Shown: positions 40,297 to 55,693, counted from the first letter of the stretch. The stretch: 64,000 nt of DNA from Octopus vulgaris (GCA_951406725.2 OX597825.1:82584001-82648000); one strand, 5' to 3'. Translations and numbers: made by a program. Notes: a model not told the origin generated them from the letters alone.

Positions 40297-41813
40297 TCTA
40301 GTATATAAAAGTGAAAGAAAATTTTATTAATATAGAAACCATTTGGCTTCTAGGCAATACTATATTTGGAGTTGTCAGAGCGATTGAGATATATTTAGCA
40401 TAGTGTGTAAAGTATCAATTTTGATTTTGTGATACCATAATATTTTTCTTCATAAGGTAAAATATTACGCAATAGAAGAAGGCCTTATGAAGGAAACCAA
40501 ATTTATAAATATGGTAATATTTTTTACACATTATTCACAGGAAAATTGCAGGCAATATAACTACTTTTTTATAGGGTTTTCACTCAGAAAGATTTAACGG
40601 GGTAAACAATCAAACCTCGTTGATTATCCATTATTCTGATGACCTTGATCAAAAGACTGTATCACAGTGTTTTCCACAAATGTTACGTAAAGACAAGTGA
40701 ACAGTATTGTAACCAGAGACGGATTAAGTATTTGACTCAATTTCTTAAGATGACGGATACATTTGTGTACCGTTTCAAGTGGTGTATTCACATCAGAGCC
40801 TGGTCGATTCCGCGTTTTTTTTACTTCCTGTCTGCTGACACTTCCATATTGATATTCAAATTCGCTATTATATAAACGTTTATTATCTCGGGAATGTAAT
40901 TTTAATTATGTGGTTATATTCTAATTTGTGTCTGTGTTTGCGTATTTACGCGAGTATTTCTGTACGATCGTATTTGGCCACACATTTTTGGTTTTATGTG
41001 TAAATTTCATTAACGCATTTCGTTTGAAGATATGGCTGCTGCAAAGATTGATTTATCGCGGTGCATGTCTGACAGTTTCAACAGAAACGTTAATATAGCC
41101 TTAAGTCATATTATTGGATTGTGTATGTGCATGTTTTATTGTTGATTGTGATGTCTTGTTTGCAGGGAAAAATCAATATCTCTTTTCGAAAACAATGTAG
41201 GTGACAAAGCGTATTCTAAGGAATAAAGCGAAGGTTTATTTTTATGTCTTAATGATTTTGTACGTAGAAAAAATTGGTTTGTTTTTATAATTATGAAATT
41301 ATGTACACGCCCACTAGATTATGAATAATTATGGATAATTAGTAAATAGTCTACACAACGCTAGGTAGAATGTATAAATCAAATCTGTTCAAGTATTAGA
41401 AACATATGAATCTCTGACGTGAATGTTGACGCTCGACAAACTAGAATTAACAGCTAAATTGCCCTATTTATTTTAAATCGTTCATCTTTCTCCCCACCTC
41501 TCCCACACGTATATTACTTTGGGTGCCAAATAGTTTTGTTTTTATTTTACGCCGAGTAAAAAAGTGTTTTGTTGAGAATCCATTTATTTAACATATCAGT
41601 ACTGCCTTTCAAATATCTCATGAACATTACAAACACAGCAGGGCCTTCAAGCCTATTACAGAAGTTATCTTTATTTCCTTAAATAACCCTTCCAATCTCA
41701 ACGGATCTCACCCAAATTTGACGTCGATATTACTTAGTTTGGTTTGAAATAAAGAACTTGATTAGCTTAATAATCGTAACTTAATCCCCGGCAAGGCCGG
41801 GTTATACTGCTAG
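40297..41813 (+). mobile_element. Putative non-autonomous Helitron; 3' terminus is solid, 5' end uncertain
   Basis: 3' hairpin cccggc-aag-gccggg (41787-41801) followed by CTAG|T (41810-41814); possible 5' end TCTAGTATATAAAA at 40297. Confidence 0.5.
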
Positions 41814-42354
41814 TTTATATATATTTTGCCACGTGAGACACACCGGCTTCTTGGAATTTAGAATCTCACATTATATATCAAACTTATGGCTGACGACTTG
41901 CCGGTTGTGACAAACAATATTCTGTCGCATCTCTATTTTCCAAGAGCATGGAACGGAATGTGAGTGAGGTTAAACCGCGCTTTCTAATGGCCTGAATGAT
42001 TATGTAAGAGTGTGTCATGAGAAAATGATTAATGGAACTGTTTTGGAGATTTAACCTTCTTTAAGGAGAAAGAATACCGAGGCTGCAAAAATTTAGCAAA
42101 GGAAGCAAAAACACGTTAGTTGAAAGGGAGAAGAAATGATTTTATTACTCCAGTGTTTGTTCGGAAACTTCGTCGTAAGAGATTTCGCCGTAAAAGAAAA
42201 GAAAAACATTCCCCGTCGCACATTTCGTCGTATGGACAATGTAAAGCATTTTTTTTTAAGTAAAAAAAGGAATGACAGAAGCTTTAATATAAACAATAAA
42301 CAGTCAAGTCTTTTATTCAACGTTAAACATTAAAGAAAAAAAACCCCTCATGAG

Positions 42355-42565
42355 GTGTGTATGTTTGTGTGTCTGCGTTTGTCCCCCTAGCATTGCTTGA
42401 CAACTGATGCTGGTGTGTTTATGTCCCAGCTACCAAAAGAGACCGACAGAATAAGTACTAGGCTTACAAAGAATAAGTCCTGGGGTAGATTTGCTCCACT
42501 AAAGGCGGTGCTCCAGCGTAGCCGCAATCAAATCACTGAAACAAGTTAAAGAGCAAAAAGTAAAG
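42355..42565 (+). mobile_element. SINE family B, 3' half
   Basis: tttgtccccctagcattgcttgacaac...gaataagtactaggcttac...ggcggtgctccagc...ctgaaacaagt. Confidence 0.85.
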
Positions 42566-43504
42566 AGAGGTGATCTTAAACGAAATTCCTTGCGGCAAAT
42601 GTTCCAACGGTAAAAATGTTTACGACGAAATTTACTATAACCATTCCAACGGTCAGTGTCTAAATCACTAATAAAGAACAGAAAATTTATCAAAACCCCA
42701 TAATACAGCGATAAATACATAACTCTCTCTCTTTCTCTCTCTCTCTTTCTCTCCCTCTCTCTCTCTGAGTGTTAAATGCTAATCTCCCACCACAAAGTCA
42801 TTAAATGAAAGCGCTCTAAAACCACTTGATCGACTAGAAATGGAAGCTAACTTAATCTGAGAGAAATCGAACCCTGTTGTCTTGGAGAAGATGAAAGACA
42901 TTTTAGTTACCACAGTCATAGCCACACTCTATAAAAGTAAGTTTGGATTGTCGTGGTTGGAATGTATGCGAATGTATGTAGGTCCACTGAAGCAAAGCGG
43001 ATTTTCGGATAAATAACAGCTGCAACAACAACAGGTATTGATTCTGTTATCAAATAGCAGAAGTTATTGACAAAGATTCTTAAAATAGAACCATTTTTCT
43101 TTACGATTCTGGATAAGAAGCGAAAATGTGCGAAACGTGACCGAAGCTGAAGATTTTCGAAGACATTATATTAACAATTAAAATCTAATTCCTGGAATGA
43201 TTAACCACAATCCCTACGAGACACATACACCGTATACGTTTGTTAGGCATCGACATAAAACTGATTTTCAATTTCTGTTCAGAAAAATAAGACACGTTTG
43301 TTTGAAACAATGTAAATACTGGACGGATATTTGAATGTCACGCGGAACATATAACAACCAACTGTGGCTCCCATTACTACTGCTGCTCTTGTTTCTGTTG
43401 GTACTGCAGCTGCCACTAGTGTTGGTGCTGCTGCCGCTTCTACCCCTACTACAGCTGCTGCTACTAGAATTCTACTGGTACTGCTACCGCTAAAACAGCC
43501 GGTT

Positions 43505-43930
<426 letters not shown>

Positions 43931-44109
43931 CAGGAAAAGTTTTGTTGAAGCACATTACACACTGCACGGTTTCGGGAAACGAAGTCACAATAGTAATTAT
44001 GGCAGACGCATAATGACTTTTATTATTTTTCTTGGTGCTTACACAAAATATCCTAATAATTACGAACGTTACCCTTAAATGAAAGTAAATAGTAATGTCC
44101 CATTTTCAT

Positions 44110-44745
44110 AACTACGCTCTTCTCTTCCCCTCCTCCCGACACTTTCTCTTCACCTTTTTCCCCCCACTACTTCTCTCCACCTCCGTCTCCCCTCCCTTTT
44201 CTCCACTCCTTCTTCTCCCCTCCTTCTTCTCCCCTTCTCTTCTCCCTTTATCTTCTCCCTTTATCTTCTCCCTCTTCTCTCCCCTTCTCTCTTCCCTCTT
44301 CTCTACTCTTTCTCTCCTTCCTCTTCTTTCCCCTTCTCTCCTCCTTTTCACCTCACCACTTCTCTCCTCCCTCTTCTCCTTTTCTCCACACTCTCTTCTC
44401 CTCTTTTCTCCTCCTTTTTCCCCCCTTCTCTCCTCCCTCTTCTCTCCCCCCTCTTTTCTCCCTTTCTTTCCTCCCCTTCTCTCCTCCCTCTTCTCTCCCC
44501 TTCTCTCCCCTCTTCACTCCCCTTCTCTCCTCCCTCTTCTTTCCTCCTTCTCTCTTCTCTCTTCGCTCCCTTTCTCGCCTCTATCTTCTAGCTCTTCTCT
44601 CTTCCCTCTTCTATCCCCTTCTCTCCTTCCCCTTCACCTTCTCCCCATACCCCTTACTTTCTCCCCTTCTCTGTTTACACCCCTTCTCCTCTTCTTTCAT
44701 ACTCCCCCTCTCTCCCTACTCCTTATTTCTCATTACTTGTCACTA
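44110..44745. repeat. Polypyrimidine (CT-rich) low-complexity tract
   Basis: About 630 bp, almost entirely C/T. Confidence 0.92.
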
Positions 44746-45443
44746 ACTCTAATATCTTCACTAATCCTTCACATTTTATATTAATTTTTTTTGCATCCCC
44801 TAAATTATTCAGTGATTAGGGGCATATATTTCGTCAATGGATATACTTAAAATAATGAATAAAGCTCCTTCTAATTATGTGTTACTTTTATAAAAATACG
44901 AGACAAGACTAACTCGAATTATTATAGTCCAAGTGTCATTGAACTATAAAATATGAGTATGGTCACAACTGAGATAAGATTTAGTTAAAATGGCTGCTCA
45001 ATAAATGTCGAACTCCGGCTAAGCGGAATTACGACCATCATTAATAATAATGAAGTAAAAAATAAAATGATGAAATGGAATTATTAAACGGAAAACTTAA
45101 ACAGAAGCAGTATATATTAGACAATTAATATTTAATAGCAAAGACAAAAAAAAGCCCTTGTTTCTTAGATATTTATGCTGGTGATTTATGCAATATGAAG
45201 CGCATTAGATTTATTGATATCAACGAAATTGGTTGTATATACAAAAACAAGAGTTCATTTAAACATTAGCACACCATCTTCATATATACGCACATAAAAA
45301 CATACATACATACACGCACACACATACATACGTATATTCATACATAAACACACACATATATATACACACACATATATATATATATATATACATATATATT
45401 TATATCTATATCTATATATGTATACATATATACATATGCATAT

Positions 45444-45492
<49 letters not shown>

Positions 45493-45899
45493 AATTCCTA
45501 AACTATTTAATTGAATACTAATATTTGTCTAATGTTTAAAAGCTCATATTTTCATTAGTTTCGAAAGATGGCTAGCATGTACATCATACAAATTATTTTA
45601 GAATTTATAATATAAACTACGATAGACTTAACATTTGTCACTATTTTGGAGAAAGCATCGCAGCTCTGAATCCATGCACACACACACACACACACACACT
45701 TATATACATTCAACGGCAGCACGTTGTCTTCGCTCATCTACCAAAAGCTAACTAAATCATTTTTAGCGTCTACCATCTACCAAGTATATATTCTTTTTGC
45801 TAAGAACGCACACACATATATACATGCATTCATACAGACATGCATAGTAGGACTAAATACTTTCAAGAAATGACTTGAGCTGTTGCTTTCCAACTTCAG

Positions 45900-46205
45900 A
45901 GTGGAGGCACATGGCCTAGTGGTTAGAGCAGTGGATTCGCGGTCGAGGGATCGCGGGTTCGAATCTCATACCGGGCGTTGTGTGTGTTTATGAGCGGAAC
46001 ACCTAAGGTCTACGCGGCTCCGGCAGAAGGTAATGGCGAAACTTCTGCTGACTCTTTCGCCACAACTTTCTCTCACTCTCTCCTCCTGCATCTTGCAGCT
46101 CACCTGCGACGGACCGGCGTCCCGCCCAGGTGGGGAAGCTATATGCCAAGGAAACCAGGAAACCGGCCCTTATGAGCCAGGGGTGGCTCGAGAAGGAACA
46201 AACAA
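45900..46205 (+). mobile_element. SINE family C (tRNA-derived)
   Basis: A-box tggcctagtgg, B-box ggttcgaatctc; body cctgcgacggaccggcgtcccgcccagg; homologous to 16052-16352. Confidence 0.88.
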
Positions 46206-46458
46206 TAATTTCCAACCTCGGAGATGAACCTACGTCATGGCAAAATATTCAAGAGAATATCAGACTCTTTCCTTCGGCAAAAGCCAATTAGAAAAGAGTG
46301 GCCATTGAGAAACTCATACTATTAATGGTGCCCCAGAATGGCCACAGCATTTGGGCTGAAACGCTAAAAGAATTATACAATAAAAGAAATTTTGTATAAA
46401 TATGAGTGCGTGTGTGTATACATATAAACATATATATATATATACACACACACATACG

Positions 46459-46508
<50 letters not shown>

Positions 46509-46814
46509 TATATACACACACACATATGTATATATATATGCAGAGAGAGAGAGAGAGAGGGGGAGAGAGATATATGTATATGTATTTATGTGTGTAGGCT
46601 ATGTGTGTTTGTGTCACCATAGCAACAAATATTGGACACAATCGTGGCATTTTTGTGTTAGATTGTTACCGTGAAACTTGACAAACAATTTCTCAAATAA
46701 TATCTTTTCTATTTCTGAAATACAGACAAAAGCAAATCCAATAATTGTCCTGAAGATAAGAAAAGACAGCCTTTCAGTTAAGCACTCATATTATGTTACT
46801 GGTGTATTATAAAT

Positions 46815-46930
46815 TTATTGGTTTTCAGTCATTGGGCTGCGACCATGCTGGGGCATTGGCTTAAAGTGTTTTGGTTCATTATATCATCATCGAAAATTGT
46901 TTAAGTCTCGGAGTCATTCTATCGATCTCG
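46815..46930 (-). mobile_element. SINE family B, degenerate 3' fragment
   Basis: ttttcagtcattgggctgcgaccatgctggggca...attctatcgatctc. Confidence 0.55.
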
Positions 46931-47188
46931 TTATCGAAAAGTGTTGACATATTGGCATTTAGTTCTCTCACCAATTTTTATTCCGCTACCCGACACTCAC
47001 AAGGGCATAGCCTTAAAGTCTGATAAATTCATACATTTATACAAACATATACTTATATATATATACATCCAGAGATATAGTGCATATATACGTACACACA
47101 CATACGCTCACATACCCACACAAATATGTGTGTGTGTGTATACATATATACGCACGCGCCTACATTCAATCTCACAAATACACACCGT

Positions 47189-47189
<1 letters not shown>

Positions 47190-47256
<67 letters not shown>

Positions 47257-47311
47257 TTATCTATCTATCTGTCTGTCTGTCTGTCTATCTATCTGTCTGT
47301 TTGACTGTTTG

Positions 47312-47350
<39 letters not shown>

Positions 47351-47351
47351 C

Positions 47352-47440
<89 letters not shown>
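47190..47440. repeat. (ATCT)n/(CT)n/(TA)n microsatellite
   Basis: Direct inspection. Confidence 0.95.
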
Positions 47441-47443
<3 letters not shown>

Positions 47444-47774
47444 CACACTTGTATGATAATACTTACATATATACATACATATATTTTCTTCTTTTTCTTC
47501 TTCTTCTCCTCCTCCTCTTCCTCATTTTTCCTCTTCTTCTACTTCTTACCTACCAAGAATTCACAATGACCTCAGACCCACAAGAGTATACAAGAGAGGC
47601 AGATACACGCATTAACAAGGAAAGTGCCATTTGATTATTCTTTTAAAAAAAACTTTAAAAATTTTTCTAAATTTAATTGCTTTCCATACTTAAAGTTGAA
47701 AATGTCTCAATGACTGAAACCGGTACTGAAATGGTTTTTATAAAATTATTTTAGCATTTTCTATGTTGAATTTT

Positions 47775-47892
<118 letters not shown>

Positions 47893-47989
47893 TTAATTCA
47901 AACATGAAAACACAAAGGGAAAACATAACGCGAGGTCGAGGGAAAAGTATAGTGTTTTGGGACGCTCAGGAAGGAAATAAAGAAGAAGG

Positions 47990-48024
47990 ATTTAACGTTT
48001 CGAGCGGGGCTCTTCGTCAGAAAG
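47990..48024 (-). ncRNA. Minimal type I hammerhead motif in a ~200-bp element (47893-48094) between (TA)n and (CA)n
   Basis: Minus strand: cttt CTGACGAA GAGC ccc GCTC GAAAC GTT aaat; same family as 22212-22425. Confidence 0.8.
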
Positions 48025-48092
48025 TCAAAACAAGGAAAGATCCAAGGAAGGGAAGACGGAGGAAGAAAATCGCCAACGATACACACGCTGTA

Positions 48093-48164
<72 letters not shown>

Positions 48165-48671
48165 ATATATATATATATGCATTTTTTTCCCTTTATATCC
48201 TTTTCTATTTTGAAAAATGCATGTCTGTAAACAATGTATTGCATGCAAATAAGAATACAGAATAAAAGAGCTTCGTCGTTAATAAATCTATTTGTCACAG
48301 GTATTTTTTTTCCATGGAAACGAAAATAATAGCAGAAGGTCTTTTACTGTATTTGTTATATACGCAAAGTGACGTTTGACAGAGTTGAAAATGATATATT
48401 ACGAACAAAGAAGCAACAATGCTCTATATATAATGCTGGTATATTTACATTTTTAATTGATAGACCTGTGCATACGCATTCTTATCTACCTGCAAATACA
48501 CACGCAGACATATGCCATTGGAGATGTGCATAGTTATACACACACATACACACACACATATGTATATATCTGTACACGTATAGACATACACATACATAAA
48601 CATACCTAAATACGTACAAGCATATAGATATACATAAACACATACACACACATACACGCACACCCCTCCCC

Positions 48672-48717
<46 letters not shown>

Positions 48718-48747
48718 GTATGGGTATACACATACATAAAAACGTAC

Positions 48748-48801
<54 letters not shown>

Positions 48802-49537
48802 CTGTGCACGTATACACATACATAAAACGTACACACATATAAATACACAAATATACACACATACCCACAGGCACAGACGCACACACACACATGCGCACAC
48901 ACACAAACACATATATATATATATATCTGTACACATATATGAATACACATACGTAAATATACAAAGATATACATACACGCACACACATCTAGACACAAAC
49001 ACACATACACACACACACATATATAAAAATATCATATTGATGCATTTAGTTAGAGTAGGAAGATGTTTCTAATTTATTAAAAAACGTCTGAGATACAGTA
49101 AATGCAAATTATGTTTTGATATAACGAAGGAAATTGTATAGAGTGCTCAGGTGCTCCGCAACAAACACTTTGAGAAGTCCAATTAGGCATTTGGTTGTAA
49201 ATAAAAGTACAGCGAGTCCTCCTTGACAAGTAAGTATGAGATGGTTGCATCTACCACGCTGGTACTGATTGTTCTCGAGTATTATATTTAAATAGCTGCG
49301 CAGTGTCATACAGCTGGAGGACAAGTGGTCACACAACAGGGCTTCAACGCATTGCAAACGAGAAAACTACACCGACATATAAATAATTGGCTTGCTAAAA
49401 GGCAGTGAAGCGGTCATTCCTAGAATTGAACCCGTGACATTATTGTCACGAAATTTCTTGATTACCGGTAGTAATCAATGAAACCACATTCTCAATGAAT
49501 CATTATTTCGTGTGAAAATACGTACATACATGCATAA

Positions 49538-49598
<61 letters not shown>

Positions 49599-49685
49599 TA
49601 TGCATATATATATGTGTATGTGTGTGTATATATATGTATGTATGTGTTTATGCATGTATTTACGTATTTATGTATGTATGTATGT

Positions 49686-49890
49686 TGAGCTGGCAGAGTC
49701 GTTAGCAGGCCGGGCGCAAAGCGCAGCCGTATTTCGTCTGGCGTTACGTTCTGAGTTCAAATTCCGCTGAGGTCGACTTTGCCTTTCATCCTTTCGGGGT
49801 CGATTAAATAAGTACCAGTTACGCACTGGGGTCGATCTAATCGACTATCCCCCTCCCCCAAATTTCAGGCCTTCTGCCTATAATAGAAAG
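49686..49890 (+). mobile_element. SINE family A, short-tail variant
   Basis: gagctggcagagtcgttagc...gagttcaaattccgc...cctttcggggtcgatt...ctatccccctcccccaaatttcaggcc. Confidence 0.9.
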
Positions 49891-51589
49891 GATATATATA
49901 CATTGATCGTGCGAAATTTAAGCGGCTACTTCACTCTGATGATTGAGGAAATTTCACCTTATGTAATATGTATGATGAAAAAGACAGCGATTGGGCAAGA
50001 TCGATATATAAAGGGGCTATCCGAACACCTGCTATTTATTTATAACATTTAAATATAGCGAAATAGAAAAAAGAGAGATAAGCAAAGAAAAGAAAAAAAA
50101 AGGTGGGGTATAAAGCGGCAGAAGATGGATGGTGAGGGGGTGAGGGGGCATATACCCCTGAAACAATAGTGTACTCAACCGCAACCTGTCGTAAAGAGAA
50201 TGGTCAGCAATGATCGCTTCAGCAGCTACCCAACCTTGTGTTGCACATTTCTCAGAGGGGCCACCGTTATCCCTATTTTGGTATAGAGTGCTTAAAAGAT
50301 ATTTGAAATTTAAATAATCTATGGACGTGGTGTCTATTCATTTGTAGAGCGGCTGATACTACAGTTTATTGTAGAAAATTTCCAGATGAAACAGATATAT
50401 CATTGTTTGTAAGTTGCATTAGATTGAACAAGGAATTTGGTCTGTGATCGTGTGATAAGTCTGAAACAATCTGTAGAGTGGAATTGTAAAGATAACCATT
50501 TAAGATATACACGCATAAAAGAGATTCACAATTAAATGAATTCAACCGTGATTTTTGAGTCCTGTTTGTGAAATCCTGTACCACAATATTCACCAACCTT
50601 TGTTACATATTAGTGTGGATTGAGAGATAAATAGTTCCTATCTTCATCAGAGGTTATAAACATGAAGAACCTTCCTTATTAGCATACGATGTGTAATTTA
50701 TCATGTGGATTAAAAATTCAACCGATTATTGGAGCTAAACTCGCCTGGCCTGTCTTTATACAAGATCTATAAAGCCATGGTAGAAAACAGTAGCTGGTAT
50801 TGATAAACCAGAGATACGCTTTCCACTAAAGAACTAGCAGTCATTCATTCATTTTAAATATATACAGATAATAAATATTTTATTCTCAGACAAAATTGTC
50901 TCAGACAAAATTCTCAGACAAATCAACCGTCAATAGATTTAATACGACGGACAGGATAGCTTTGAATAATCTTCTATATATATATGTACTGCAGTGAATA
51001 AGTAAACATCCATTATATTAAACGAACTGTTACTCAATATAACGTAAAGAAATGCCATAAAATGTGAAGCAGAGATATTGGATATAGCAAAATTCTGCCT
51101 GGCTACAAGTGTTCTTTTTCTTGTCATGTAATACTTTTTAAAACGCTAATAATTCTGCCATATTTCTTTGTATGAAACTTATATGAATGTGCGCATTAAT
51201 TGCGTGGCGTGCAGCTTCGGATTGTAATGTTTTAAATAAAAACGTTTTAAAAGGTAGGCGAGCGTTAAGAAACCCGACATGCAAATAAGGAACTCGGGAA
51301 TTTTATCCGAATAATGGAAGACATTTGGAAATATTCATTACTTATCATGCCGAGCTTGAGCCACGGAAAACACATTAACCAAATATAGAGACCTTAGGAA
51401 TCATCGATGAAAAATATAGCGTGTAACACGTTCTTCAAGTACCGTCGGACTAAAATATGCTTTTATAGATTCTGGCGAAAGATGGAATACAAACGCTAGG
51501 TGTTCCGATATGCATAGGGATTCTATCCATAGCCATGAATCCACTAGTATCAAAATAAGTTTTCGTTTCGATAACTATACGACCCTCAC

Positions 51590-51795
51590 CCTACCTACCT
51601 ACCTACCTACCTACCTACCTACCTACCTACCTACCTACCTACCTACCTACCTACCTACCTACCTACCTACATACATACATACATACCTATCTATCAACCT
51701 ATCTACCAACCTACCTACCTACCTACCTACATACATACATACATACATACCTATCTACCAACCTACCTACATACCTATCCACATACATACATACG
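51590..51795. repeat. (CTAC)n/(ATAC)n microsatellite
   Basis: Direct inspection. Confidence 0.93.
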
Positions 51796-52099
51796 TGGAG
51801 GTTTGTCTGCTCCTTATGTAGAGATTGCGCAACACAATTCGTCAACGGTAATTTGTCGTCGTTTAATTTGTCCCATTCAATTCGTCGAGATCATAGGAAA
51901 AATGGAAGAACAAATATCTGAATGAAAAAACGAATATTTTCAGGTTTGCTGTATTACATACTTATTTTCTCTTAGAATTTAAGATTGTGTGCAATAGCTT
52001 TTAGAAAAATAATTTTGGAGTTTGAATCATATTTTTCCATGACATTTTTTATACACAGGCTGATATCTCTGTATCTTTACTTTTGGATCGGTTCTTCTC

Positions 52100-53800
52100 T
52101 ATGCATAAGCTTCAGCAAACCTTTCCTCACGTTTAATCATATCAACAAGTTTTCAAATATTTGGATAACTAATATTCACGGTGTTTCTCAGCGTGCTGTG
52201 GTAGGCTTCTAAGCAATTTGTAGTACGAGCAATCCCCGTCATACATCGATCCCAAACATTTCTTATAGGTAATGGAAATGGAGGTTCAAGGCATCGTCTC
52301 CTCTGTCATCTTCCTCTAGGTGGTCTTATATAATTATTTTCAAAATAGGATACAACAGACTGTGGAACATCATCATCATCTACAAGTTGTTCACATCCAT
52401 CTACAACAACATCAACCGGCAGGAAGGCAAGCGCAACAAAACACCGAATGTTTAGACTAAAGGTGTCATCTTGATGATATCTGCGTTTTAGTCCTTCTTG
52501 CACAACATTTCTGTACATATTTTGTCCTAAGTGAAAGAAGCAGCATGCCAAGTTCAATCCAGGAACCAATTCCAGAAATCTATTATGGGCTGCTTTTTCA
52601 AAATCCATAATTATATTATCATGTCTCTCATTCTAAAGTAATTAATTTATTTTGGCAAAAAGTCTACTATGTGTGTCTTGGCTTTTGTCAGATACATTTA
52701 CATATAAGCACACACACACATATATATCATAGGACAGAAGAATCGTGGAGCATTAAAACTTATCAATATGAATGAGAAGTATATATAAGTATATATGGGA
52801 AGTGGCGCAGGAGTGGCTGTGTGGTAAGTAGCTTGCTAGCCAACCACATGGTTCCGGGTTCAGTCCCACTGCGTGGCACCCGGGCCGACCAGTGCCTTGT
52901 GAGTGGATTTGGTAGACGGAAACTGAAAGAAGCCTGTCGTATATATGTATATGTGTGTATGTGTTTGTGTGTCTGTGTTTGTCCCTCTAGCAATGCTTGA
53001 CAACCGATGGTAGTGTGTGTTTACGTCCCCGTCACTTAACGGTTCTGCAAAAGAGACCGATAGAATAAGTACTGGGCTTACAAAAAGAATAGGTCCCGGG
53101 GTTGATTTGCTCGACTAAAAGGCGGTGCTCCAGCATGGTCGCAGTCAAATGACTGAAACAAGTAAAAGAGTAAAGAGTAAAAGAGTATACCTGAAAATGC
53201 AGTAGAGCAGCACTTAAATGTTCCATCTGCCGCCCAGTTTTTGTGCTGTTTTAACTGCCAAAGTGCTTCGTCACTTGCAAATATTTGTATTCGTTTTGAA
53301 TCATCCGTCCCGCTGTCATACTGCAAAAAATGTTTCATCATTGTCAAGGTAGGAGTATTCACTTGGAATGGAAACCCCAACATTTCTAAGTAGGGCGGCA
53401 GGGTAGTTGGAACCATCTTGCGTCCACCGTCTGATATTCCTATTAAGCTGTGCAAAAGGAGGTATTTGCGACAATGTACAGTCGTTTAAATTTCTGAACT
53501 TCACTAGCGATAAATTGAGCGATGGGCATCATGAAATGAAATAGACTTTACCTTAATATTTGAAACTATTATCCATGCATTTACCTCTGCAGCATTTGAG
53601 GCGTAATAATGGATCCCAATCTTATTAAGTTCTTTATAATTTTCATTTGTATGAAGTCTCGCCTTGCACACACGATTTTCGCACCTCCAGTATATCTTCA
53701 ATCCATCTGCATTCTGCTTATTTCTTGCGTTTCTATAAATTTCTTGATCGACCATTTTGATTTTTCCTTTCTCTGAAGCTATGATTTTGCAGGTAGTCAT
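52100..53800 (-). pseudogene. Mutator-like (MULE) DDE transposase pseudogene with an N-terminal FLYWCH/WRKY-type zinc finger
   Basis: KIYWRCENRVCKARLHT..H (53504-53800); WAADGTFK (first D); DFEKAAHN...CCFFHLGQ (second D and CxxH); RTTNCLEAYHS (E, ~52207). Frameshifted and interrupted by a SINE. Confidence 0.9.
52802..53186 (+). mobile_element. SINE family B, near full length, inserted in the MULE transposase
   Basis: Head ggcgcaggagtggctgtgtggtaag...gggttcagtccc; tail repeats aaagagt; MULE frame continues on both sides. Confidence 0.92.
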
Positions 53801-53863
53801 CTTGAATGAATTTAATTCGATTTGTTTGAAAACCTTAGTTCATAAACTGTTCAGTGCAGATAC

Positions 53864-53906
<43 letters not shown>

Positions 53907-53944
53907 TTTAAATATTTAAAACTTCCCAGCGTCAATTTTAATTC

Positions 53945-54350
53945 TAAAGAGATTGTTCTAAACTTCCCTCGAAAATCACATTTAAGAGAATTTTGCATAT
54001 CTGATTTGGACCACCAAAAGCTGCAGTTAAGTTCTGATCTTTGTGTAACATAAACTGTCTTTTGAGGCCTCCATTAGATTTGCAGACCTTATGGCATACA
54101 CAGCGTTGAAAGGTGTGCACATATATAGCGGCAGAATAGTGGGTCTCCAAATGAGATTTGGGCCCAGCAAGAGACAGGTATGTTCTGTCACGAACTGTGT
54201 ACATAAACGGAGATTCACCTTCTCGATGGCAACATTCTTCTTTAAATATCTCTTGAGTCTTCCATATGTTATCCTGGCCTCCTCAAAAGCTTTCACTCCA
54301 CTCCAGCTCAATCCGAAGCAAGAGTTTCTATGGCTTTTTGCATACATAGA
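53945..54350 (-). pseudogene. RTE-like LINE C-terminal fragment
   Basis: SWSGVKAFEEARITYGRLKR and CVCHKVCKSNGGLKR resemble the RTE-clade C-terminus and its C2H2-like motif. Confidence 0.55.
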
Positions 54351-55465
54351 TAAATAAATACATAAGTACATACATATGTATTTGTCTCCGTGTCAATACG
54401 TGTGGATATTTATGCATAGAAACATGTCGAGATAAATTAGATGTGTATATGTGTGTGAGAGAGAGATAGAGAGAGAGAGTGTGTGAATGTTTTTAGTGTT
54501 TCGCTTTCTCCCCCTCTGTCTCTCTATACACACTTGTAAGCACACACACACACACACATACACACACACACGTACACACATATAATGCAGTCGTTGTGGC
54601 ATGAACGTATATTACCTATTTAAACCGCTATCAATGGATATCAAATTTGTTCCATTATCCAGAACACACTTCTCATAAATATTAAACAATTTCCATGGGA
54701 TATACGCTGGCTTCCTTCTATTTGAATTCAACACATGCAAGCACACGGCCAATAGACATTGAAAAGAAAACTATTATCAACATTCTTAGCGATATTCAAG
54801 AAGATGACATACAAAGCCAACTCCTTTCTCCATTTATATTTGTTTCAATGTTCCACAGAGAATGTCAATGGTAGCTTGTAATAATAATTTAATGAAAATT
54901 AATTAAACGTCAGATTTTTCTACAATTATTTGAATTATGAATGAGATCAACGCAAGACGGGTGACACTCTATGATTAGGCCGAAAAACAAAATAATTATT
55001 GTCATTCATAAGCCACATAGATAAGTGCTTGCATGTATATTGCCGAAGAATTGACATACAACAGGTATGTATATGTATATATGTGCACATCTAAATACAT
55101 ACACACATAACACGTACAAACTTACGCACACACAGACTCATACACAGAGGCGTGCATACATACCTGCATACATACATACATACATACATACATACATACA
55201 TACATACATACAGACATACATACATACGTACGTACATACATACATACATACATACATATATAGCTGTACATATGTATATAAATATGTGTGTTTGTGTAAA
55301 TATACATTTATGTACATATAGTATATATGTATATATAAATATATAAATATATACATATATGTATATATATATGTATTTACTTATTTAATTAAACACAAGT
55401 ATATGCATATATATATTTATATTAAAGCATATACATGTATGGATACATGCAAACATACCTATAGA

Positions 55466-55503
<38 letters not shown>

Positions 55504-55639
55504 CATATATATATATATACATATATATATATGCGTATATATGTGTATATATATACTTATGTATACGTATATATACATACGTGTATATATATATATATAT
55601 TCAGATTTGAAAACGTTTTTGTATTAATGTATCTATGTA

Positions 55640-55693
<54 letters not shown>

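Noticed and set aside
45900-45975. tRNA gene; also 43650-43725 and 22461-22495
   Set aside because: Acceptor stems are imperfect or truncated, and the longer two continue into repeat bodies, so these are SINE heads.
49930-49960. CTGATGA...GAAA; also a minus-strand CTGATGAAG near 50645 and GAAACCGGT near 38885
   Set aside because: No helix II, or the other half of the core is missing; consistent with chance.
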